A stretch of 46,333 nt of DNA from Octopus bimaculoides (Eukaryota). Both the position numbers and the translations under genes were made by a program. Shown here in pieces: positions 1 through 13,042 of this stretch. How positions within the stretch are numbered: the first letter of the stretch is position 1; each line of letters starts with the position of its first letter. The stretch is from positions 133,234,616-133,280,948 of the forward strand of contig NC_068984.1 of the NCBI RefSeq assembly GCF_001194135.2, written 5' to 3'. The notes under the pieces were generated by a model. It was not told the origin of the DNA. It was given only the letters and a program-made list of their open reading frames with translations, and did not search any database.

Positions 1-193
1 GTGCGGGTGACACGTAAAAGCACCCACTACACTCTCTGAGTGGTTGGCGTTAGGAAGGGCATCCAGCTGTAGAAACTCTGCCAAATCAGACTGGAGCCTG
101 GTGTTGCCATCCGGTTTCACCAGTCCTCAGTCAAATCGTCCAACCCATGCTAGCATGGAAAGCGGACGTTAAACGATGATGATGATGATGATG
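1..193 (+). mobile_element. 3' end/UTR of an RTE-type LINE (family A) with (GAT)n tail
   Basis: Core AAGGGCATCCAGCTGTAGAAAC...CCAACCCATGCTAGCATGG followed by (GAT)n; shared with about 10 other copies in the window. Confidence 0.75.
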
Positions 194-306
194 AACTCCT
201 CCTCATGAAAAGACAGAAAAAAAAAATAAAGGAAGAAAAGGAAAAAAAGAAAGTTATATGGAAAGTGAAAATGTTGTTATGTTACAAGATAAGAAAAAAT
301 TCTAAC

Positions 307-363
307 CTCTGAGTTATTCTTCAGTTTTGAATAAATATCAACTATTAGACCTCCAATGACAAC
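307..363 (-). CDS. PsuG-PsuK exon 11 (start of PfkB-type kinase domain)
   Basis: [19 protein letters not shown]; CCAG acceptor, GAG|GTTAGA donor; phase 0 matches the preceding exon. Confidence 0.75.
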
Positions 364-3300
364 CTGGATATGATGAGAGTGAAGTATGATTAGAACAGGA
401 ATAACAGGATAATGAACACTTTGGTTTCTTTTGGCAATTAGAAAAAAAGACATATACTTTAACATATACATTAAAGCTATACGTGATTGTGACCTTCATG
501 CGTCTTCTCAGAGTATAAATAGTACAACTCATTGAAATTAATGAGAATCAGAACTGCTTCAGCTTAACAATGTTTACTTTGTTCTACAGTTTCGCTTCTT
601 AGATAGATAGCCACCATTACATATCAAAATTAAGCCTATCTATTAGGGAATTTTTGATTGTCAGTAATTTTTTATTTATAAATCAACATTTTTTAGTGTT
701 TCATTCCTCGTCCTTTTTTCATTTTTCAGTACCTTATCTATAAAGTCACAAGGTCCAATAAGACAAAATGAAATAAAAATAAAATCTAGCTCCTAAGAGG
801 TTACTAATAGTATGACATTTGTGAGAAGAGAATATTTTTCAAATAAAACAAGGAGAGATACAGTAATTTTGATGTTAAGGTGGACTGCTTATCACAAGAT
901 CATAAGAATTAACATCTTACATCAACTAATATAATTTTAAAGTGCCTAACAGATGTTTTGGCAGTTAAACAGCCAGTGGTTTTCGAATAATCCTGGGACA
1001 ATGTAGGGTGATAACATTTTTGGACAGACATGTATTACAATAGATCCATATTCAATATAGAAAGGGGTGAAAGAATTGCAGACCAGAAGGTCAACTAGGT
1101 TACAATTGTATCTGAACAAAGAGACAGGGTGTTCAGGGAAGATATGAGAAGTAGCAGGATCAGATAGGAAAAGAGTAAAGTTGCAGGAGGTGGTAAGCAT
1201 GAGAGGTCAGTTGGGATGGAAGGTTTGCGAGAAGGAAATCATCATTATTATCAGCATCATCGTTTAACGTCCGCTTTCCATGCTAGCATGGGTTGGACGA
1301 TTTGACTGAGGACTAGCAAACCAGATGGCTACACCAGGCTCCAGTCTGATTTGGCAGAGTTTCTACAGCTGGATGCCCTTCCTAACGCCAACCACTCCAA
1401 GAGTGTAGTGGGTGCTTTTACGTGCCAGTTAGCAATAGGACAGGCATGGGACTGGAGGAAATAAATTGATGAAAGTTAACCTCAAAGTCAGAATTTCATC
1501 TACAGAGATGGTGGAGAGGATAAGAACTACAACCAGTTCATAGAATCTGATGAAGAGAGTTTGCTGTATTTTGGGATGATATTTAGTATGCCAAACACAA
1601 ATAACTTCTGAGAAAGTTACCTTTTATAGACTGGCACTGGAGATTAGTCTCTCATCTGATTAATACTATATAAGATAGGATTAATAATTAATTCTGTTGA
1701 TTTTTTAAAACTTTTATTCACTAAAACAAGAAATTTAACATACATGAAATCAAAACATTTTTTAACCTAAAGACTTCTTTTGTTACAGCTTAAGAAATGT
1801 TTTTCATCTCTTCTTGTGTGTCTTAATTCCTTCACTTTTATCTTTTAAATACTAATCATTGTAAGTTGAAAACAAAAACAAAAACTTACAACTTTTTCAT
1901 CTTTTGTTGATTTTTTCACATTATGCTTTAATTTACCCTTTGACCTCCAAAGCTCTGCAGAAATTTTAGCAATTTCACTTCCAACAGCCGCATTGTTCAA
2001 AATCAAAGCAATATCAAGGAGAAAAGTCAAGGAAATTGTAATAAAAAGAGAAAAAAATATTTACTTTCATTCAGAAAATCCATGGAAATCACTTAGTTTA
2101 CAAATATTTATATTTTAATTGAAAATACTTAGGAAATTGCAACACAGAATATGACCAATACAGAGTTATACCAACAATTGAAGCTTTATGGGACTGATAA
2201 ATCTGCCAAAAATAGCAGCCAAATCTCTCTTAAATTTCTTTTTAAAAGAGAGAAAAAGATTATGTAATCTTAGACATATTATGTTTGAATAATAGACAGT
2301 TTAGAGAACGGCAAGCTGCCAGAAGCGTTAGCATGCCAAGCATAATGTTTAGCGGCATTTCATCCATCTATAGGTTCTGGGTTCAAATTCTGCCAAGGTC
2401 AACTTTGCCTTTCATCCTTTCAGGGTCAATAAAAGAAGTGCCAGTTGAGCACTGGGGCTCATATAATCTACTTACTCCTTCTCCAAAATTGCTGGCCTTG
2501 TGCCAAAATTTGCAACCAATAATAGATGATTGATCACTGTTAGAATGTTGTCTTTTCAATAAAGGTAGATCTTGATAAACAGCAACTAATAATGAGTGAT
2601 TCCTTACATTGATACAAAATTATAAATCTGTTGATTCCTGACTATCATAATGATTGTGTGGAGGTGCAATGGCCCAGTGGTTAGGGCAGCGGACTCGCGG
2701 TCATAGGATCGCGGTTTCGATTCCCAGACCCGGGCGTTGTGAGTGTTTATTGAACAAAAACACCTAAAGTTCCACGAGGCTCCGGCAGGGGATGGTGGCG
2801 AACCCTGCTGTACTCTTTCACCACAACTTTCTCTCACTCTTACTTCCTGTTTCTGTTGTGCCTGTAATTCAAAGGGTCAGCCTTGTCACACTGTGTCATG
2901 CTGAATATCCCCGAGAACTACGTTAAGGGTACACGTGTCTGTGGAGTGCTCAGCCACTTGCACGTTAATTTCACGAGCAGGCTGTTCCGTTGATCGGATC
3001 AACCGGAACCCTCGACATGTAATAACCATGTGGGAAAGATGCTCAATTTGCAACAGTATTTAGAGTTTGAATGATTGCTTGGAAATACAGCTTTTCTGTG
3101 TCCGGATATACTTCTGGTTGCCAATCCTCAGCTAGAGAAGACTCTCGCCTAACATGCTATGCAGTGGGACTGAACCCAAGACCATATGGTCGAAAAGCAT
3201 GCTTCTTAACCACACAGCCACACTAGCGGCCTATTACATTCAGGAACTATGATTAACTTTGTGACAATTTAAATAAGGATACTTGCATCAAGAGATGCTC

Positions 3301-3553
3301 CTTGGGTAGCTTTGTGAACATGGCGCAAGATGAAAGGAGTCAGATCACGACCGTGAATATTTTGAGCCCTGAAAGAAAAAATATGATAAAAATATAATAC
3401 TTGTATGTGGCAGCCTGTGGTGATATGATTAAATATATGGGGTAGAGTGTTGTGGTACACTGTGCTGTGTTACAGTAAACTATCGCGTCTTATGAAATGA
3501 TGCAGTGCATTGTAGTATATTATAGTATCACCATCATCACCATCATCATCATC

Positions 3554-3584
<31 letters not shown>

Positions 3585-4301
3585 CCATTACCATCACCAC
3601 CACCACCACCACCATCATCATCACTTAGTGGCTTTTTTTCCATGCTGGCATAAGTTGGACAATGTGACAGGACCCAGTGACCCACAAGGCTGTATCAAGC
3701 TCCATTAGCTTTAGCATGGTTTCTACAGTTGGATACCTCCCCTAACATCATCCATTTTACAGTGTCTACTGGATGCTTTTTTTTGTACCACCAGCACTTG
3801 TGAGGTCACCATTATAACATAATGTTGTTGCTTAGCCTCAGACCAGCCTGATTGAGGAGACTTACGATCAAGAGCATCCCAGCCACAATCACCATAATCT
3901 TTTTGAATATATAGGACTACATTATAAAATGAGTCCTTTCTTTTTTAAGATGGTTTTTTTCCTCTTTTTTCATATGACATATAACATCATAGCATGTATA
4001 TCATGGTAATGTGGTTGACAATATCAAAGGATGATATCACCGACATTGTTATTTAATGTCCACTTTCCCATGCTTGCAGACAGAATTTGTGGAGGCAGAT
4101 TTCCTACAACTGGATGCCCAACTTTCAGTTTCTGTCTACCAAATCCACTCACAAGGGTTTGATCGGCCTGAGGCTATAGTAGTAGACACTTGCCCAAGGT
4201 GCTATGCGAGGGGACTGAACCCAGAACCATGTGGTTGGGAAGCAAGCTTTTTACCACACAGCTATACCTGCACCTATATATACACACATATATATATATA
4301 C

Positions 4302-4358
<57 letters not shown>

Positions 4359-4969
4359 TTCACACACACACACACTCACACACATACACACACACACATA
4401 TGTATGTATATATGTATGAGAGGCTTCTTTCAGTTTCCATCTACCAAATCCAGTTGCAAGACTTTGGCTGGTCTGAGGCTACAGTAGTAGACATTTTCCC
4501 AGGGTGCTGCACAGTGGGACTGAACCCAAAACCTCATGGTTTCAAAGCCAGCTTCTTAACCACAGAACCAAACATAATATGATCTGCACCATTGTAATAT
4601 ACTACATAACATCATAATGAAATCACTGGAAACATAAAGATAAGAGAGTCAGAATGTGATCTTGTGAATCAATTCAATGAACTTACGAAGCTTCAGAAAT
4701 TGCTTCTTGAATTGCCATTTCAATTTGATGCCCAGAGGAAGTGGAATGTTCAGGTATTGGTACTGCTATTAGTATACCGTTCTCTAAAGACAACTGTCTG
4801 TGAGCGACTTGAAAGGAAAAAAAAAAAAAAAACAGTTTTTCTATTAAAACATTAGGAGAGCAAAAATAGCACAGATACATCTAGGAAGAGATTTTGTCTT
4901 ATACTATTGGGAACATAAGCTTATACCAAACTGTCACTACTACTACTACAACAACCACCACCACCACTA

Positions 4970-5045
<76 letters not shown>

Positions 5046-7923
5046 TAGTAATAGTAATAATAATAATAATAATATCATCGGCCAATTGGTGGTGGTGGTG
5101 GTGGTGGTTGTAATGGAGAAGACAATGTCAGCAGTATGATGGTTGTGGTAGTGATGATGATCGTTATGATGATGACAATGACAGTGATGATACAGCCATT
5201 ACCTATGATGATGGTGATGATAGTGATGTTGATGGGGGTGATAGTAGTGGTGGTAGGAACAGTGGCGATGAGACATTAGGACTAAAAGAAATCTTGAAGT
5301 AGAGAACCAATGAGAATATGCAAGAACTACTAACTTACCAATTAACTGGGCTGCTTCAAGAGAATTGTTGACATTCATGGGGGCTTGGAAGCCACTTTTA
5401 GGGGTGAAAAAGGCAGGAAACTCTTTGGATGGTCCAAATGATGCAACACAGACACCTTGAGTTTCCTTTAAAAAAAAAAAAAGCAGTTTTTAATGGAAAT
5501 AATATCAATAGTTCACCTATTTTCAGACCTACTTAGTTGTGACATCAAGGTGTCACAGAGATGAGACACTAGTATGCCAATGAACCAAAAGAGGGACCTT
5601 TATCTCAGTGGTTCTCAACCATTTTTTGCCTATGGACCCCTTCGATTCTTATTTTACCTTACAGGATCCCACCCCATGTTAAAAAGAAAATCCTATTATA
5701 TTTTTATAATTAAATATTATTAAGAATTATATTTAAAAAATTAAAATATTATGTGTATTGTAGTGATATAACCAATTTATTATTCATTAATAAATTGGTT
5801 ATATAACAAAATAACAAAATCAACAACAACAACAATAATCCTTTTTATTACAGGCATAAAGCTTGAAATATTAGGGGAAGGGGATAGTTGATTACGTCAT
5901 CCCCAGTGCTCAGCTGGTATCTATCTTATTAACCCCAAAAGGATGAAAGACAAGGTTGACTTGTGCAACATTCAAACTCAGAGGATAATGCCAGAAGAAA
6001 TGCTGCTAAGTATTTTACCCTGTGTGCAAACGATTGTGCCAGCTCACCACCTCAATGATAATAATAATAATGATAATAATAATAATCCTTTCTACTATAG
6101 GCACAAGATCTGACATTCTTGGAGAGGTAGGGGCTAGTCAATCACATCAACCCCCTGTACTATACCTACAGGGTGTCCACAAGGTCTGGGTACATGGATT
6201 AAATAAAATCATAACATAAACAATTAAACATAAGAAATAATAATTTCTTAAAGTATGTGTTAATCCCCATGTACCCAGACTTTGTGGACACCCTGTAGAA
6301 GGGCAAGCAGCTGCACTTACCAGGTACTCTAAAGTTTTACCAATGTCCAAGATTGACTTGACTCCAGCTGATACAACGGTCACTGGTGTTCGACCCATGT
6401 CAACAAGATCAGCACTAATGTCCAGAGCTGAAAATGAAAACAACAAAATAAAAACATCCAAACACCAATGGACGGAAAATTATCAGAAATATCGATTATC
6501 AAAAATCAATTAGGAAAACATTTCAAATTTTATAAAAATATATAAATTTTGTTAGATAAAATCTTTTTAAGGCCATTACAATGTGAAACGTAATACAAAA
6601 GTGAACTAGAAAGGTGAAAACATACCACACAGCTGCATCTAAACTACTATAGTCTAATAAATTTTGTAAAAATGTTGATTTCTGTAGAAATATTAAATTT
6701 GCAAAAATATCAAAATAAAATAAAAATTCCAAAATTCTATAAAAAACATTATATATTGTAAAAATATTGAATGTTATAAAAAGATATTAATTTTGTAAAA
6801 GTAGTTTTTATAAAAGTACTAAAATCTGTAAAAATATCAAAATGCTATAAAAATATCAAATATTGTAAAAATATTTTTTTTAAATATCAAATTTTGAAAA
6901 GAAAACCCATTAGGAGTATCGTGAGATTGTGTGTGTTATTTTATGATGGGAGGAAGAATGTGAGAGAGGAAGACAGAGAGGGGGAGAAATACAGAGACAG
7001 ATAAACAGAGAAAGAGATAGAGACAAGATGGATTAAAGGTATCAAATTTATCAGGAAATTTAGTGCTACTATGATGCATGTGTGTGTGCGCGTGTGTGTG
7101 TGTGTAATTATAACAAAATGAGATAATGCATCAAAAAGTAAATTCCTCCATCTTTACCAATACAAAGATCTAATATTTTATATATTGTTGGTTAGGTCTA
7201 AACTAATAGACTTATGGCCCTGTGAGTATGTGTGTGTGCATGTGTGTATGTATGTATAGAATATGAGCGGTTTAGTTCACTGATGATCTAAACCAATAGG
7301 TATGCTGCATAAGTGCTATAATTGGTCATCCAAGTTCACAGCTGAGGCTGGAGCTAGGGATCCATAGTAGGCTTCCGAGTCAGCAGGTATATATTCCCCT
7401 GTCTTTATTCTTCTATCTACTGTCTTATTCTTTTATACACTGTGAATTCTCTGTCAGAAACTTTCCTATACACGCACTTTGTCTCTGATGACGGAATACA
7501 TAGTGTATGGAGATGTTGACCTATCACCTGGGATATCCCAGAAACACTTGTAAGACATTAATTAATTCTACTTCTCCATTTTTGATTCACCTTATTCCAA
7601 TTGAAAAATTCTAAATAACCTGAGATACTCGTTCTGCTTTAGTTTTGTGGTCCATTTTCCTTTAATATATAAATATATATATATGCTAAATATCCCTAAT
7701 ATCCCAGAAACAGCTGTAAGACTACCTTTCTCCTTATAAATGTCCTACAAATTCCACACAGACTTACTTTTGTTGTCTCATTTTATTTAACATATACATG
7801 CTCACACAAGACCTTCATTAGACTCCTCACTCATGCTATTATTGAACCAGGAGTCTAACTACGGCCCTCCCGTAGCACTTACATAGCCTTACCTGCCATC
7901 TTGGGTCATCTAGATACTAATAC

Positions 7924-7965
<42 letters not shown>

Positions 7966-8043
7966 NNNNNNNNNNNNNNNNNNNNNNNNNNNNNNNNNNN
8001 NNNNNNNNNNNNNNNNNNNNNNNNNNNNNNNNNNNNNNNNNNN

Positions 8044-8114
<71 letters not shown>

Positions 8115-11100
8115 ACATGTGATGGGCTTCTTTCAATTTCCATCTATCAAATCTACTTACAAGGCTTTGGTTGGTCCAGAGCTATAGTAGAAGACACTTG
8201 CCCAAGATGTCATTCAATGGGACTGAACCCAAGACCACATGGTTAGCAAGCAAGCTTTTTAACCATGTTTTCACGTTGACAGTTATAGTAATCTGTTGTT
8301 ATTTTGCTGTTGCTAACAAAGCTAGTATGGGGCTCACTGCAACTTAAAATACATATATTAACCCCTAAGTATTTAGACCAGCCATATCCGGCACAAATAT
8401 TCTACCTGTTTAATGCTCAAACAGGCCAGATTCAGCCTATCACACCTACCCTACAATATCATTTGAAAAATAAACAACCACATCATTGAAATCTTGAATC
8501 TATGAGATAAGCCTTGATCAATTCAAAACAATGTGAATAAAGAAGCATTCTCTTTGAAACAGTAATCTGAATGCTAAAGAGTTAAAGTGGTAAACCTCTT
8601 ACTTGATTCAGCACCTCTGTGAACTCCTCCGACACCACCAGTAACAAACAGTGGAATTCCAACTTTGTGTGCAATCAGCATCGTCGCAGATACAGTAGTG
8701 CTTCCATTCAGTTTCTGTATCAATAAACACAAAATCCCTTTAAGATACAATAATTTGCAAGTGGTTTGAAATTGGTAATACCAATATGGTTGATATTTAA
8801 CTTGAAAATATACAATACTGGTGTTTGACTTTGTTGTGCATCATCATCATCATCAACATCACCGCTCCCGCCGCCACCACCATCATCACCATCATCATCA
8901 TCATTTAAGTCAAGTGAGATCATAGCTGTGGCCAATGCCAGTGTTGCATAACTGGCCCGTATAAAAGTACTCTTCAATCGTCGGGCAATATGCTGTGCTT
9001 GAGAAGACCTGTTGAGTCAAGTGAAATCATAGTCGTGGCCGATGCTAGTACTGCCTGACTGGCACCCATGCTGGTGGCACATAAAAAACACCATTCAAGC
9101 ATGGTTGATGCCAGTGCCGCCTGATTGGCCCCTGTGTTGGTGGCATGTAAAAAGAGTGCCAGTGGTAATCTCGGAGTGGTTCGCATTAGAAAGGGCATCC
9201 AGCTGTAGAAACCTTGCCAGATCAGACTGGAGCTGGGACCACCTCCAAGCTTGCCAGTCCTCAGTCAAACCATCCAACCCATGCCAGCATGGAAAGTGGA
9301 TGTTAAATAATGATGATGATACATACTACTCCATTTATTGGTATCTGATTGTTGGATATAGTTAACCAAATTCATTTAAAACAGTGCTGTTTTAAATATA
9401 TNNNNNNNNNNNNNNNNNNNNNNNNNNNNNNNNNNNNNNNNNNNNNNNNNNNNNNNNNNNNNNNNNNNNNNNNNNNNNNNNNNNNNNNNNNNNNNNNNNN
9501 NNNNNNNNNNNNNNNNTATATATATAAATTAACAATATATAAAATTAATAAAAACAGCTGTTTGCAATGCTATACTGTAAAGGAAAATTATAGCTGTCAA
9601 CTAAACTTAACTAAGGATGTGAATAACACCTACATTGCTAGAAATAGGAGCTAAAATGCTCCAATGTTGTTACAAAGTACATAACATATACTCTGATAGG
9701 GGCTGCAATCGAACCGAACACCAAACCAAGAATTCCTTAGACTGACTGGCCAGTTTCAGCTATTTCCATAGCCATCTTCAGTAAGGCCAGCTCATTCATA
9801 TATATATATATATATACACAGACACACATAAGATATTTATGAGAAAGAGGGAAACAGATGTATGGTTCTAGGCAAACTGCAAAATAAGCAATTAGAAAAA
9901 AATGCTATCAGTTTTTACCTGTGCAACAATATAAGGCAGATCTCGTCTTGATACTTTCTGACTGACAAATGCTGGGTCAGCAACCTGCTCAAGCTGTTGA
10001 CCAGTAAGTCCTGCAAAATTATCAGTGTAAAATGAAAACAGAAACATATAATCTTCATGTCTATTCTAATATATAATATCACTGGTGCAGGCATAGCTAG
10101 GCAGCTAAGAACTTTGGTCTCAGGTTTGATCCTACTGCATGGCACTTTAGACCAGTGTCTTATACTATAGCCTGCCAATAAATGTCTCAGCCAATCTATT
10201 TCGTTACTGATTAAATGAGATGCTTCTTTATTCATAAATACTGGAGATTTTATATTGATTATAACAACTTTCTCACAACATACTATTAAAGCACTTACCA
10301 ACACAGGTTTTACCATTTAGAATGGCTATTGTTGCAGGAACACATTGATTGTTTCGGACAATTTCTTCAACTTTTTTGGCAGTCCTAAAATTAGATGAAA
10401 TATTTTGCATTATTTTCTTGTAACAATGCCGACATCATTTTCTTTTTACATACACAAGCATGGTTATGTGGTTAAGAAGTCTGCATCCCAATAATGTGGT
10501 TTTGGGTTCAGTTTGGGTTCATATTATTGTACCTGATTTTTATCAACAATTTAAGCCAGAAAATATCAACAAGGCAACTGTTGGGGTTTAATAAACACAG
10601 TGTCGCCTTCCTGCCACTTGTGCCGGGGGCACGTGAAAAAGCATTCGAGCGAGGTCATTGCCAGTGCCGCTAGACTGGCTCCTGTGCAGGTGGCACGTAA
10701 AAAGCACCATTTTGAGCGTGGCCATTGCCAGTACCGCCTGACTGGCCTTTGTGCTGGTAGCACGTAAAAGCACCCACTACACTCTCGGAGTGGTTGGCGT
10801 TAGGAAGGGCATCCAGCTGTAGAAACTCTGCCAGATCAGATTGGAGCCTGGTGCAGCCTTCTGGTTCGCCAGTCCTCAGTTAAATCGTCCAACCCATGCT
10901 AGCATGGAAAGCGGACGTTAAACGATGATGATGATCTATCACTTATGACTGTATAACAAACTACAGTATAGAGAGCTTGTTATTCCATCTCCTCAAATTG
11001 CATTTAAGTTTCTACCATCTTAACTATACTACTTTTTTATTTTATTTTATTTTATTTTATTTATTTATTTTACTTGTTTCAGACATTTGTCTGTGGCCAT

Positions 11101-11320
11101 GCTGGGGCTTTTTAGTCAAAGTGCTGAAGACTCTTTAGTCGAGTGAATCAACCCTAGTACTTAATGTTTTTTGTAAAGCCTGGTACTTATTCTATCAGTC
11201 ACTTTTGCTGAACCACTAAGTTACGAGGATGTTGAATTACCAAGATTGTTGTCAAGCAGTGGTGAAGGACAAACACAGGCACAAAGGCACACACACACAC
11301 ACACACCACACACACATACA

Positions 11321-11365
<45 letters not shown>

Positions 11366-12877
11366 ACAAGCTTCTTTCAGTTTCCATCCACCAAATCCAC
11401 TCACAAAGCTTTTGTCAGCTTGAGGTTATAGTAGAAGATACTTGCCCAAGGTGCCACGCAGTGGGACTGAACCTGGACCATGTGGCCAGGAAACAAGCTT
11501 CTTATCACATGACCATGCCTGCACCAAATATTCACTTCTGTTATCTTAACTGTGCTCAACAAAATGAGCCAAGTGCAGAAAGGTACCCTGTCCCATCTTG
11601 ATTCAATAAAATAAAATAAAAATCTGAGGAACATCAAAGATACTTACAACACAAGTATTTGCATCAAATAAATAAAGTTCGTTATTGTGATTACCTGAGG
11701 TTGTGTGGATATGGCATTCCATGACTAATTATGGTGCTCTCCAGAGCAACAACTGGTTGGCCATGACGTAAAGCTTCAGAGACCTCGGGGCTAACCTCCA
11801 GGAGTCCTGTAACCAAAAGCAAATATTTGATTAGCTTAATAATACGTAAAATAATTTGTGAGCTATGCAGGTTTATTCTTATTTCTTTATTGCTCACAAG
11901 GGGCTAAACATAGAGGGGACAAACAAGGACAGACAAAGAGATTAAGTCGATTACCTCGACCCCAGTGCGTAACTGTTACTTAATTTATCGACCCCGAAAT
12001 GATGAAAGGCAAAGTCGACCTCGGCAGAATTTGAACTCAGAACGTAACGGCCGACAAAATACCGCTAAGCATTTCGCCCGGCGTGCTAACGTTTCTGCCG
12101 GCTCACCACCTTGGTGACTATTCTACAATACATTAGTACACTGATGCCTATACTGGAGTAAGGTATGGGTGATTGCGAAATAGAATGGTTACAGCACTCT
12201 GCTAATTCACAGTCAAACATATGGCAGAGTGGTTACAGATGCTCTGGCTCTCTCTCTATTCTGAGTTCAAATCCTGCTGAGGTCAACTTTGTTTTTCATT
12301 CTTCTGCAGTTGATAAACAAAGTACTGACTCGGTACTAGATTGATTCTTGTCTCATTGTCACAGGAAGAAATCAACTACCAGATCTGGAGATGGATGCCT
12401 AAAACACACTGTAATGGTGCTCCAATGATTCCATCAGGAGTTGAAGACTCAAGGAAAGAAGGACTACACTACACTAATATATTGATGTCTTCTCTTTATC
12501 AAAGTAGTATGCTAGTGACTGTGCTCCACATTTCATGACTATGTTGGTGCACTTACAATATATAACGTATATTATATACAACATATAATGTATATTGTGA
12601 ACTACTATATATTTTGCTAACCCTTTTGTTGCCAAAATCTCTGTTGAATTACACTGTCTTAGTTTCAGTCAATTATGAAAATAATGAGGAATTTCCTAAA
12701 ATAGTTTTGTTATTATTAAGTGTATCTTTGGAACATAAATTAATTTGAAATGTTTATGGAGATTTTAACTTAGATCAATTTTAAAACAGAAAGTTTGTTT
12801 CATAGAACCAGAGGCAATCTCAGACAGGTTGGTATCAAAAGGGTTAATGTTTTATATATTATATATATTTTACTTAC

Positions 12878-12922
<45 letters not shown>

Positions 12923-12983
12923 CATCACTATTGCCATCAACACTATCATTATCATCCTTTAATATCTGTTTTATATATACATA

Positions 12984-13042
<59 letters not shown>

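Larger units (their letters stand above)
2015..3282 (-). other. U12-type (minor spliceosome) intron with GT...TG termini
   Basis: 5'ss GTATCCTTAT at 3282-3273; branch site TTTCCTTGAC at 2035-2026, with the branch A 12 nt from the 3' end; a junction at CCTTG|AT restores the conserved A-N-I-A-L. Confidence 0.8.

Noticed and set aside
2660-2735. tRNA-like sequence with A/B boxes (also 39079 and 12040-12112)
   Set aside because: It continues into a shared non-tRNA body in multiple copies, so it is a SINE head rather than a tRNA gene.
4056-4582. Long ORFs with [12 protein letters not shown] runs (also 7901-8143, 12829-13073, 38171-38554 and others)
   Set aside because: Translations of (TA)n/(CA)n microsatellites and SINE sequence; not genes.
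6620-6900. AT-rich degenerate ~19-bp periodicity (TGTAAAAATAT...)
   Set aside because: Low-complexity decayed tandem repeat with no sign of function.
7262-7297. Additional CTGATGA at about 7280
   Set aside because: It lies in the loop of a GGTTTAG/CTAAACC hairpin without a correctly placed GAAA/stem I, so it is not a hammerhead core.
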